This document shows, piece after piece, positions 1 to 8,311 of a stretch of DNA of 32,000 nucleotides. How positions within the stretch are numbered: the stretch's first letter is position 1; each line of letters opens with the position of its first letter. The stretch comes from Bellilinea caldifistulae (lineage in GTDB: Bacteria; Chloroflexota; Anaerolineae; Anaerolineales; Anaerolineaceae). The translations under genes and the position numbers were made by a program. The notes under the pieces were generated by a model. The model was not told the DNA's origin. It was given only the letters and a program-made list of their open reading frames with translations, and did not search any database. Location of the stretch: the NCBI RefSeq assembly GCF_001306055.1, contig NZ_LGHJ01000010.1, forward strand, positions 150,001-182,000. The letters run 5' to 3'.

Positions 1-374
1 AAGCGCCCAAACCGATTGGTCCTTATTCGGCAGCAGTAAAGGGTGGGCACTTTTTATTTACGGCGGGGCAAATTGGAATTGACCCGCAAACGGGTGAAAT
101 TGTACACGGGGGAGTGGAAGCAGAAACCCGTCAGGTGATGAAAAACATCCGCGCATTGCTGGAAGCAGCCGGCACCAGCTTCGAGCGAGTGGTCAAGACC
201 ACGATTTTCCTGCGGGATATGAACGATTTTGCCAAAGTGAACGCGATTTACGGAGAGTTCTTCCCCAGCGAACCGCCGGCGCGTTCCACTGTTCAGGTTG
301 CAGGGCTTCCCAAAGGCGCAGCAGTGGAGATCGAGGTGGTCGCTTTATTGGCGGAGGATGATCCCTGCTGTTGA
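1..374 (+). CDS. ridA: RidA / YjgF-YER057c-UK114 family enamine-imine deaminase (5' truncated by window edge; first full codon at 3)
   Basis: The frame is open from the window edge. Translation [32 protein letters not shown]...[22 protein letters not shown] matches the RidA family pattern. Stop TGA at 372-374. Confidence 0.85.
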   Translation, partial: APKPIGPYSAAVKGGHFLFTAGQIGIDPQTGEIVHGGVEAETRQVMKNIRALLEAAGTSFERVVKTTIFLRDMNDFAKVNAIYGEFFPSEPPARSTVQVAGLPKGAAVEIEVVALLAEDDPCC

Positions 375-412
375 TCGAAGGACTTAAACATTCCCGGGAC
401 GTGAACCAGTCA

Positions 413-1408
413 ATGGTTCAATCGGTTTCAATCATCATTCCATGCTACAACGAGGAAAAAACCATTTCCTTGCTGCTGGATGCTATTTACCGTCAGACCT
501 ACCCGCGTCATTTGATGGAAGTGATCGTTGCCGACGGCGGTTCGGTGGATGAGACCCGTCAACGGATTGCGGCTTTTCAACAAACCCATCCCGATCTTAA
601 AGTGCGGGTGATTGATAACCCGAAGCGGATCATTCCGGCAGCGCTCAACCGCGCCATTGAGGCCTCTGAGGGGGAGATTATCTTACGGCTGGATGCTCAC
701 TGCGTACCGGCTGAGGATTACATTGAACGCAGTGTGCAAAATCTCGACAAAGGGGTTGGGGATAATGTGGGCGGTTTGTGGATAATCGAACCCGGCAGTC
801 AGGATTGGATCGGTTATTCGATTGCTGCGGCAGCTGCCAACCCGTTGGGGGTAGGGGATGCCCGCTATCGTTACAGCCGTCACATGGGAGAAGTAGACAC
901 GGTGCCCTTTGGGGCCTTTCATCGCTCGCTGATTGAAAAAATTGGCGGTTACGACGAGACCCTGCTGACCAATGAGGACTACGAATTCAATACGCGCATT
1001 CGCCAAAACGGTGGAAAGGTATTTTTTGATCCGGCTATTCGCAGCATCTACTACGCCCGGCCGAATCTAGGTTCGCTGGCACGCCAGTACTGGCGTTACG
1101 GTTACTGGAAATGGCGCATGCTGCGTCGCTATCCCCGCTCGCTGCGCTGGCGGCAGCTTCTTCCACCTCTATTTGTCACTGCAGTGGCTCTGATGTTGAT
1201 ATTATCCATGTTCATGGAAATTACACGTTTCCTGCTGATTGGACTTCTGGGTTTGTATGGGTTGGCGCTGATGGTTTCTGCCATCCCGTCAGCCGTGCAA
1301 AAGCGTCAATGGTATTTGGTTATTGGTGTTCCGCTGGCTATTGCTACCATGCACTTTTGCTGGGGATTGGGCTTTTTAACCAGTATGTTTCGCTCTCTGA
1401 AATCGTGA
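413..1408 (+). CDS. Family 2 glycosyltransferase with C-terminal transmembrane helices
   Basis: N-terminus MVQSVSIIIPCYNEE, then VADGGSVDET and LRLDAHC (the GT-A/GT2 signature order). The hydrophobic C-terminal third suggests 3-4 TM helices. The ORF is open from TTG 371, which overlaps the ridA stop, so the start is uncertain between 371 and 413. Confidence 0.8.
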   Translation: MVQSVSIIIPCYNEEKTISLLLDAIYRQTYPRHLMEVIVADGGSVDETRQRIAAFQQTHPDLKVRVIDNPKRIIPAALNRAIEASEGEIILRLDAHCVPAEDYIERSVQNLDKGVGDNVGGLWIIEPGSQDWIGYSIAAAAANPLGVGDARYRYSRHMGEVDTVPFGAFHRSLIEKIGGYDETLLTNEDYEFNTRIRQNGGKVFFDPAIRSIYYARPNLGSLARQYWRYGYWKWRMLRRYPRSLRWRQLLPPLFVTAVALMLILSMFMEITRFLLIGLLGLYGLALMVSAIPSAVQKRQWYLVIGVPLAIATMHFCWGLGFLTSMFRSLKS

Positions 1409-1421
1409 GATAATTAATTTC

Positions 1422-2846
1422 ATGGGTACACAACCACTATCACCTCGTCAAGGTCTTCGATTACGCCCTACTGAAAGACGCTCAACCCTTTTTCTTGGGG
1501 ATTTTCTGGTTGCCATTATCTCCTTGCTCTTATCACTCTATCTTTGGGCGCAGGGGGCAGAATGGTATCGTTTTTCCTGGGCATTTTTACAGGAAAGAGT
1601 ACCGCTGTGGTTCTTCTTTTTACCGGTAATCTGGCTGCTTTTACTGTCCGAATCATATAGTCCGCGGCGTTCCAGCATCCGCACTGAAACTGTGCAGGAA
1701 ATTACACTGGCTGCGGGAATCAGTCTGGTGCTATACCTGCTCGTCTTTTTCGTCTCGGAACCCAATTCATTACCCAGACGCGGGGTGGGTGTCTTCATCT
1801 TGTCGGCTTATCTGCTGACCCTTGCCTGGCGATTTTTGTATATTCGATTGTTTACTACACCGCTGTTCATGCGGCGGGTGTTGATTGTCGGAGCCGGGCG
1901 GGCTGGATCTGAACTTGTACGGATTATCAAGGAGATCTGGCCGCCACCGTTTTATCTGGTCGGGTTGGTGGATGATGACCCGGAGAAGATAGGGGGGAAT
2001 GTGATGGGTTATCCCATCCTGGGCGGAAACGAGCAATTATTCGATCTGGTGCAGGAGCATCAGGTCACCGATCTGGTATTTGCCATTTCAGGTGAGATGA
2101 ATCCTCAAATGTTCAGCCGCTTACTGGAAGCGGAAGAACAGGGAATTGAAGTAACCACCATGCCAACAATGTATGAAGAACTGCTGGGGCGCATTCCCAT
2201 TTATTTTTTACAAACTGACTGGGTGTTGCGTTCTTTTGTAGATCAGGTTCACGCCAGCGGCTTTTTTGAACTGGCAAAACGACTGATGGACATTTTTGGC
2301 GGATTGGTCGGGTCTTTTGTGATGATTGTCTTATTTCCAATTATTGCTCTTCTCATTATCGTTGATTCGGGCTTTCCGATTTTCTACCAACAAGTACGGC
2401 TGGGTAAAAACGGCAGACCGTATAACATGATCAAATTTCGGACGATGCGGCAGGATGCTGAAAAAGATGGGATTGCCCGTCCGGCGAGCAAGAACGATGA
2501 CCGCGCTACGCGGGTTGGCCGTTTTTTACGCAAGACCCATCTGGATGAATTACCCCAATTCATCAATGTCTTACGTGGGGATATGAGCCTGGTCGGCCCG
2601 CGTGCAGAGAGGCCCGAAATTGTAGAGCATTTACAGCAATACATCCCATTTTACCGGGCGCGCTTATTTGTCAAACCGGGGTTGACCGGATGGGCGCAGG
2701 TCAATTATGGGTATGCCGAAAATGTGGAGATGAATGCTATCAAATTGGAGTTTGATTTATATTACATCAAACGCAGGAACTTATTGTTAGATTTTCTCAT
2801 TCTCATCCGAACCATCGGTACGGTGGTTGGTTTTAAGGGTCAGTAA
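1422..2846 (+). CDS. Polyprenyl-phosphate glycosyl-1-phosphate transferase (bacterial sugar transferase, WbaP/EpsB-like initiating enzyme)
   Basis: Several N-terminal TM helices, a central Rossmann-like segment (VLIVGAGRAGSEL), and the C-terminal motif block FRTMR...DELPQFINVLRGDMSLVGPRAERPE...KPGLTGWAQV typical of this family. Confidence 0.88.
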   Translation: MGTQPLSPRQGLRLRPTERRSTLFLGDFLVAIISLLLSLYLWAQGAEWYRFSWAFLQERVPLWFFFLPVIWLLLLSESYSPRRSSIRTETVQEITLAAGISLVLYLLVFFVSEPNSLPRRGVGVFILSAYLLTLAWRFLYIRLFTTPLFMRRVLIVGAGRAGSELVRIIKEIWPPPFYLVGLVDDDPEKIGGNVMGYPILGGNEQLFDLVQEHQVTDLVFAISGEMNPQMFSRLLEAEEQGIEVTTMPTMYEELLGRIPIYFLQTDWVLRSFVDQVHASGFFELAKRLMDIFGGLVGSFVMIVLFPIIALLIIVDSGFPIFYQQVRLGKNGRPYNMIKFRTMRQDAEKDGIARPASKNDDRATRVGRFLRKTHLDELPQFINVLRGDMSLVGPRAERPEIVEHLQQYIPFYRARLFVKPGLTGWAQVNYGYAENVEMNAIKLEFDLYYIKRRNLLLDFLILIRTIGTVVGFKGQ

Positions 2847-2850
2847 TTGA

Positions 2851-4740
2851 ATGAAAAATAAACCTAATATTCGAAATCGTTATGTTTTAATGGGCGATTT
2901 AGCGCTGATTGTCCTTTCGGTATTCGGTGCGCTGATTCTTCGTTTTGAATTGGGAAGCCTCTTTTTTGCTTACCTGCCGTTTGGTTACTGGATGATTGCT
3001 GTTGCGCTGGTCATCAAACCAATTGTATATTACTTGTTTGGTTTGTACCGGCGGATGTGGATGTATGCCAGTGTTGAGGAATTAAAACTTATCGTTATTG
3101 CCGTAACAACTGCTTCCATCATGGTAGCAGTGGTCATGCTGATTCTCTTCACCCGTGGTTTTCTACCAGGCTACCTGCGCTCGGTCTTTGTGATTGACTG
3201 GCTGCTTTCACTGGCGATGGTTGGAGGGTTGCGCTTCGCTTTTCGTTTTCTGGCGGAGACACGTCGCCGTTTTGGAGAGATGCAGGCTGGCAGGGTAAAA
3301 CGAGTCCTGATCGTAGGTGCTGGGGATGCAGGCGCTCTGGTGGTAAAGGAGTTGCAGAAGAATCCCCAGTTAAATCTGATCCCGGTTGGCTTTCTGGATG
3401 ATAACCCAACCAAACAAAAACAGCAGATTCACGGTGTGCCAGTTGTGGGCACCATCAATGATATGACGCGCTGGTTGGAAAAACTGCGGGTAGATGAGGT
3501 CATCATTGCGATACCCAGTGCGCCGGGGCGAGTAGTCAGGATGGTTGCCGATATTGCTCGCCTAAAGGGGATTCCTTTCCGCACCATGCCGGGAATTTAT
3601 GAATTGTTGGGTGGTAAGGTCAGTGTCAGCCGTTTAAGAGAGGTGGATATTACCGACCTGTTACGTCGCCAGCCAACCCGTATCAAAGAAGAATGGATTG
3701 GTGAAGTTTTAGCAGATAAAATCGTACTGGTGACGGGGGCTGGCGGTTCCATTGGGCGGGAATTGTGCCGGCAGATTGCGCGCTACAACCCGGCTGAGCT
3801 GATTATGCTGGGCCACGGAGAAAACAGTATTTTTGAAGGACTTTTGGAACTGAAAGACCACTTTCCAACACTGACGATTCGCCCGGTGATTGCCGATGTG
3901 CGCGATCGAATGCGGCTTAATCAGGTTTTCAGCCAGTATCATCCGCAAATTGTTTTCCATGCAGCGGCTCACAAACATGTCTCGTTGATGGAAGTCAATG
4001 TGGAAGAAGCCGTTACCAATAACATCCTTGGTACCAAAAATCTGGTGGATTTAGCCATCCAGCACCGCGTGGAACGGCTGGTGATGATTTCCTCGGATAA
4101 GGCAGTCCGTCCGGCGAATGTGATGGGCGCTACCAAGCGGGTGGCAGAGATGCTGGTGATTGACGCGGCTTTACGAACGGGAATGGCCTTTTCGGTTGTG
4201 CGTTTTGGAAATGTGTTGGGAAGCCGTGGCAGCGTTGTGCCGATTTTTAAGCAGCAAATTGCTCGCGGAGGGCCAGTCACTATCACCCACCCGGATATGA
4301 AGCGTTATTTCATGACCATCCCTGAAGCCGTTTATCTTGTTCTGCAGGCTGCCGGAATGAGTAAAGGTGCTGAAACCTTTGTGTTAAATATGGGACAACA
4401 GGTGCGTATTCTGGATCTGGCGGAAGATTTAATCCGTCTCTCCGGTCTGGAACCTGGAAAGGACATTGAAATTGTATTTACCGGTGTGCGGCCGGGGGAA
4501 AAGTTGAGCGAAGATCTGTGGGACGAGGGTTTTCAATTCCTCTCGACCGAACATCCCGATATCTTCCGTTCCCAAAACACCGAACCGCTCAGCAGTGAGC
4601 GGCTGGCCGAATTTGTGGATGAACTGGTCAATCTGGCCCGTGAAGGATCAAGCGAAGAGATTATTCACCTGCTCGATCAGTTTATTCCCGGAGCGGTTAT
4701 TCAAAGCACACCCCCACCGGAGATCACTTCAATTATCTGA
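2851..4740 (+). CDS. Membrane-anchored nucleotide-sugar 4,6-dehydratase/epimerase (CapD / PglF / WbpM-like polysaccharide biosynthesis protein)
   Basis: N-terminal TM helices; two Rossmann segments (VLIVGAGDAG and VLVTGAGGSIGRELCRQI); catalytic block SSDKAVRPANVMGATKRVAE characteristic of CapD/PglF-type enzymes. Confidence 0.88.
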   Translation: MKNKPNIRNRYVLMGDLALIVLSVFGALILRFELGSLFFAYLPFGYWMIAVALVIKPIVYYLFGLYRRMWMYASVEELKLIVIAVTTASIMVAVVMLILFTRGFLPGYLRSVFVIDWLLSLAMVGGLRFAFRFLAETRRRFGEMQAGRVKRVLIVGAGDAGALVVKELQKNPQLNLIPVGFLDDNPTKQKQQIHGVPVVGTINDMTRWLEKLRVDEVIIAIPSAPGRVVRMVADIARLKGIPFRTMPGIYELLGGKVSVSRLREVDITDLLRRQPTRIKEEWIGEVLADKIVLVTGAGGSIGRELCRQIARYNPAELIMLGHGENSIFEGLLELKDHFPTLTIRPVIADVRDRMRLNQVFSQYHPQIVFHAAAHKHVSLMEVNVEEAVTNNILGTKNLVDLAIQHRVERLVMISSDKAVRPANVMGATKRVAEMLVIDAALRTGMAFSVVRFGNVLGSRGSVVPIFKQQIARGGPVTITHPDMKRYFMTIPEAVYLVLQAAGMSKGAETFVLNMGQQVRILDLAEDLIRLSGLEPGKDIEIVFTGVRPGEKLSEDLWDEGFQFLSTEHPDIFRSQNTEPLSSERLAEFVDELVNLAREGSSEEIIHLLDQFIPGAVIQSTPPPEITSII

Positions 4741-5735
4741 TGGCTGTATTGGATGCGGCTCAGTGGAGTACATTGCTGAAACAATTTCCCTCGGCACATT
4801 TACTGCAAACCGCCGAATGGGGTGAGTTCAAGGCCGCCTTTGGCTGGCAGCCACTAAGGCTGGTCAGTGGCTCTGCCGCCGCGCAAGTTTTATTCCGTCG
4901 TTTACCGCTTGGTCTGACCATTGCTTATCTCCCGAAAGGTCCGTTAGGCTCCGATTGGGCGAATTTGCTGGCGGAAGTGGACGAACATTGTCGCCGCCAA
5001 AGGGCTATCTTCCTGAAAGTTGAGCCGGACTGCTGGGAGGATGAGCCGGACTTTACCCATTTGCGGAATTACTTTACTGGCTGGTTTGAGTCAAGGCCAG
5101 TTCAACCCCGACGCACGGTTGAGATCAGTTTAGCGGGCAACGAAGAGGACTGGTTGAACCGGATGAAACAAAAGACCCGCTATAATATCCGCCTTGCGCA
5201 GCGCAAAGAGGTGGTTGTTGAAAATTCAACTGACGTGAACCTGTTTTATCGAATGATGGTCACGACGGGCGAGCGAGATGGATTTGGGGTTCACTCGCCA
5301 GATTATTATCAAAGGGTTTTTGATTCGTTTGCGCCAAAGGGGATGTGTGTGTTGTTATTGGCAAAGTATCAAAACACGCCGCTGGCGGGGTTGATGATAT
5401 TCGCCTTTGGCCAGCGGGCCTGGTATTTTTATGGAGCTTCCAGCAACGAGGAACGTCATCGGATGCCAGCTTATTTATTGCAATGGGAAGCAATGCGTTG
5501 GGCAGCTTCTCGCGGTTGTACGGTTTATGATCTGTGGGGCATCCCGGATGAGGATGAAGAAGTATTAGAAAGCCAGTTCTCGACACGAGAAGATGGCTTG
5601 TGGGGTGTTTATCGCTTCAAGCGTGGTTTTGGGGGAAGAGTACGTCGTAGTGTCGGCGCATGGGATCGGGTCTACCAACCGCTTCTGTATGCACTTTATC
5701 AGCAGTTTATTGCCCGGCGGCGAATAGAAGGGTAG
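4740..5735 (+). CDS. FemAB-family peptidyltransferase-like protein (paralogue 1)
   Basis: LLQTAEWGEFK, MKQKTRYNIRLAQRK and WGVYRFKRGFGG motifs typical of FemAB/FemX family proteins. The start ATG overlaps the upstream TGA by 1 nt (TGATG). Confidence 0.8.
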   Translation: MAVLDAAQWSTLLKQFPSAHLLQTAEWGEFKAAFGWQPLRLVSGSAAAQVLFRRLPLGLTIAYLPKGPLGSDWANLLAEVDEHCRRQRAIFLKVEPDCWEDEPDFTHLRNYFTGWFESRPVQPRRTVEISLAGNEEDWLNRMKQKTRYNIRLAQRKEVVVENSTDVNLFYRMMVTTGERDGFGVHSPDYYQRVFDSFAPKGMCVLLLAKYQNTPLAGLMIFAFGQRAWYFYGASSNEERHRMPAYLLQWEAMRWAASRGCTVYDLWGIPDEDEEVLESQFSTREDGLWGVYRFKRGFGGRVRRSVGAWDRVYQPLLYALYQQFIARRRIEG

Positions 5736-5739
5736 GAAG

Positions 5740-6258
5740 ATGGGGTTCTGTTTTCAGTGCGGTTCAGAATTGATTCGGTCATGGATGGAAAACCGGCAGC
5801 GCGAGGTTTGCCGGCGTTGTGGATGGGTTCACTATCCGCAGTTGAAGGTCAGCGCCGCGGCAATGGTGCTGGAGGAAAATCGGTTGTTACTGGTCAAGCG
5901 GGCAACGCCGCCGTGGCAGGGCTGCTGGTATTTACCTGCCGGTTACGTGGAAGCCGATGAAGACCCGGCCCACGCTGCCGAAAGGGAACTTTTGGAAGAA
6001 ACCGGCTTGCTTGCTTGTGCGGGCGCTTTACATGGCGCCTATTTTTTTGACGATGATCCGCGCGGCAACGGTTTATTGCTGGTTTATCATATGCGCCTTA
6101 CCGGTGGAAGTTTGAACCTCAATGACGAGACCGACCAGGCTGGCTTTTTTGAGATGAATCGACTACCTTCTCCCTTAACCGGCGCCGGTCATGACCGGGC
6201 GATTGCCGAATGGGTAGCGATGACGAAAACTGATCGGGGGTTACAGAAATGGAATTAG
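5740..6258 (+). CDS. Nudix hydrolase with N-terminal zinc ribbon
   Basis: Nudix box GYVEADEDPAHAAERELLEETGL. N-terminal CFQCG...CRRCGW provides four Cys for a Zn ribbon. A GGAAG-type RBS precedes the ATG. Confidence 0.85.
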   Translation: MGFCFQCGSELIRSWMENRQREVCRRCGWVHYPQLKVSAAAMVLEENRLLLVKRATPPWQGCWYLPAGYVEADEDPAHAAERELLEETGLLACAGALHGAYFFDDDPRGNGLLLVYHMRLTGGSLNLNDETDQAGFFEMNRLPSPLTGAGHDRAIAEWVAMTKTDRGLQKWN

Positions 6259-7346
6259 ACCAGTGGAACGATTTGCTTCTTGACCTGCCAGCAGCTCACA
6301 TTTTACAAACCCGTCAATGGGCTGAGGTGAAGGCCAATTATGGCTGGACGCCTTACCCAAAAGTCTGGCGGGATGAGGCCGGTAAGGTCCAGGCGGCTGC
6401 GCTGATTCTGGAACGTAGCCTGCGATTGGGGTGGTTTACCGCGGGGCTGCGGGTGATGTATGTCCCGCGCGGCCCTTTGATGGATTGGAAGGACGAACTT
6501 TGGCGCACCCGGGTGATTAGCGACCTGGAGAAAATAGCCCGTCGGCGGGGCGCCATTTTTCTCAAAATAGATCCGGAGGTCGTCATTGGTAAGGGCATTC
6601 CCCAGACGGAAGATGCGCTGGAAGACTCGCTCGGACGAGGCGTGATGAATTGGCTCAGGCAGCGTCGGTGGCGTTTTTCCACAGAGCAAATTCAATTTCG
6701 CAATACGGTCTGGCTGGACTTAGCCGGTTCGGAGGAAGACTGGCTGGCGCGAATGAAGCAAAAGACCCGTTACAATTTGAGGCTGGCTCAGCGTAAAGGT
6801 GTGACGGTTAGACTGGGAAGTATTCAGGATTTGCCGCTGCTATATCGAATGTATGCTGAAACCTCCCTGCGGGATGGCTTTACGATTCGCAGCGAAGCTT
6901 ATTACCTGACGGTTTGGCAAAAATTTTTGGAAGCCGGCATGGCCGAAGTGCTGCTTGCGGAGGTTGAAGGAGAGGTAGTTGCCGGTCTGATATTGTTCTT
7001 CTTCGCTGGCCGGGCGTGGTATCTGTATGGAATGTCACGCAACCTCCATCGGGACAAGATGCCGAATTATCCTCTTCAATGGGAAGCAATGCGCCGAGCC
7101 AAAGCCCACGGCTGTCAGATTTACGATTTATGGGGTGCTCCGGATGAATTTATTGAACAGGATCGCATGTGGGGTGTGTTTCGTTTCAAGCAGGGTTTGG
7201 GCGGGGAGGTGATTCGCACGATTGGTGCCTGGGATTACCCGGCCCGACCGCTATTGTATGTGCTTTATATGCAAATTTTGCCTCGTTTGCTGGAATGGAT
7301 GCGCCAGCGTGGGCAGCAGCAGACTCGCAAGGAGGTTGGGGTATGA
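6249..7346 (+). CDS. FemAB-family peptidyltransferase-like protein (paralogue 2)
   Basis: ILQTRQWAEVK, MKQKTRYNLRLAQRK and WGVFRFKQGLGG parallel the motifs in 4740-5735. It overlaps the Nudix gene by 10 nt. Confidence 0.8.
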   Translation: MELDQWNDLLLDLPAAHILQTRQWAEVKANYGWTPYPKVWRDEAGKVQAAALILERSLRLGWFTAGLRVMYVPRGPLMDWKDELWRTRVISDLEKIARRRGAIFLKIDPEVVIGKGIPQTEDALEDSLGRGVMNWLRQRRWRFSTEQIQFRNTVWLDLAGSEEDWLARMKQKTRYNLRLAQRKGVTVRLGSIQDLPLLYRMYAETSLRDGFTIRSEAYYLTVWQKFLEAGMAEVLLAEVEGEVVAGLILFFFAGRAWYLYGMSRNLHRDKMPNYPLQWEAMRRAKAHGCQIYDLWGAPDEFIEQDRMWGVFRFKQGLGGEVIRTIGAWDYPARPLLYVLYMQILPRLLEWMRQRGQQQTRKEVGV

Positions 7347-8305
7347 TGCCGCGGATTCGGATTGCTCATCTACCAACGCCGATTGAGCCATTACCTCGAC
7401 TCGGTGCGGTGCTGGGCGGGATTAAACTGTGGGTTAAACGGGATGACCTGACCGGTTTGGCGGGTGGTGGCAACAAAATCCGTAAACTGGAATATGTGCT
7501 GGCTGAAGCTCAAGCCAATGGTGCGCGCACCCTCATCACGGTTGGGGCGGTACAGTCCAATCATTGCCGGCAAACCGCGGCGCTGGCAGCCCGTTATGGC
7601 TTGGGGTGCATTTTAATCCTTTCGGGCGAGAAGGAAGTTTCGCCTTCCGGAAATTTACTTTTGGACCGCCTGTTTGGCGCAGATATCATCTTTTGTGGGG
7701 CCGAAGCACGCGATCAAGTTATTCAAAAGGTATTTGAGGAAACATGGTCGGCTGGAAAAAGACCTTTTTTGATACCGCTTGGTGCTTCCACTCCCATTGG
7801 GACGGTAGGTTATTTGACCGCATTTGAGGAATTCTTAGCCCAGGAAGTAGATGTGGATTGGATTGTGGTGGCATCCTCTTCGGCGGGAACTCAGGCCGGG
7901 CTGGTGCTGGGAGCTTTGAAAACAAGATGGAAGGGCAAGATTTTGGGCATCAGTATTGACCAGCCGGCAGCCGATTTGCAGCAGCGCGTGGCTGGCCTGG
8001 TTAATGAGACGGCAGAACGAATTGATTTGAAGGTGCGCTGTCGGCCTGAAGAGGTCATGGTCAATGATGAATATCTGGGAAAAGGTTATGGTATACCTTC
8101 TCCGCAGGAAATCGAAGCCATCCGTCTGTTTGCGCGTTATGAAGGATTGCTGCTGGACCCCGTGTATACAGGCCGGGCGGCGGCAGGATTACTGGATCTG
8201 ATCCGCAAGGGCTTTTTCAAACCGCAGGATCGTATCCTGTTCTGGCATACCGGCGGCACACCGGCTTTGTTCGCTGAGCGGTACCGTTCTTTATTGGGTG
8301 GATAA
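7343..8305 (+). CDS. PLP-dependent D-cysteine desulfhydrase / ACC deaminase family enzyme
   Basis: MMPRIRIAHLPTPIEPL...KRDDLTGLAGGGNKIRKLEYV contains the family PLP-lysine motif GGNKxRKLE. The start is trimmed from the 7169 ORF to ATG 7343, which overlaps the upstream stop (ATGA). The 7169-7342 extension merely overlaps the FemAB gene. Confidence 0.8.
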   Translation: MMPRIRIAHLPTPIEPLPRLGAVLGGIKLWVKRDDLTGLAGGGNKIRKLEYVLAEAQANGARTLITVGAVQSNHCRQTAALAARYGLGCILILSGEKEVSPSGNLLLDRLFGADIIFCGAEARDQVIQKVFEETWSAGKRPFLIPLGASTPIGTVGYLTAFEEFLAQEVDVDWIVVASSSAGTQAGLVLGALKTRWKGKILGISIDQPAADLQQRVAGLVNETAERIDLKVRCRPEEVMVNDEYLGKGYGIPSPQEIEAIRLFARYEGLLLDPVYTGRAAAGLLDLIRKGFFKPQDRILFWHTGGTPALFAERYRSLLGG

Positions 8306-8311
8306 TCAGCC

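Noticed and set aside
7169-7342. N-terminal extension of the PLP-enzyme ORF
   Set aside because: It lies entirely inside the second FemAB gene in another frame. The family N-terminus (MMPRIRIAHLPTPIEPL) begins at the ATG that overlaps the FemAB stop.
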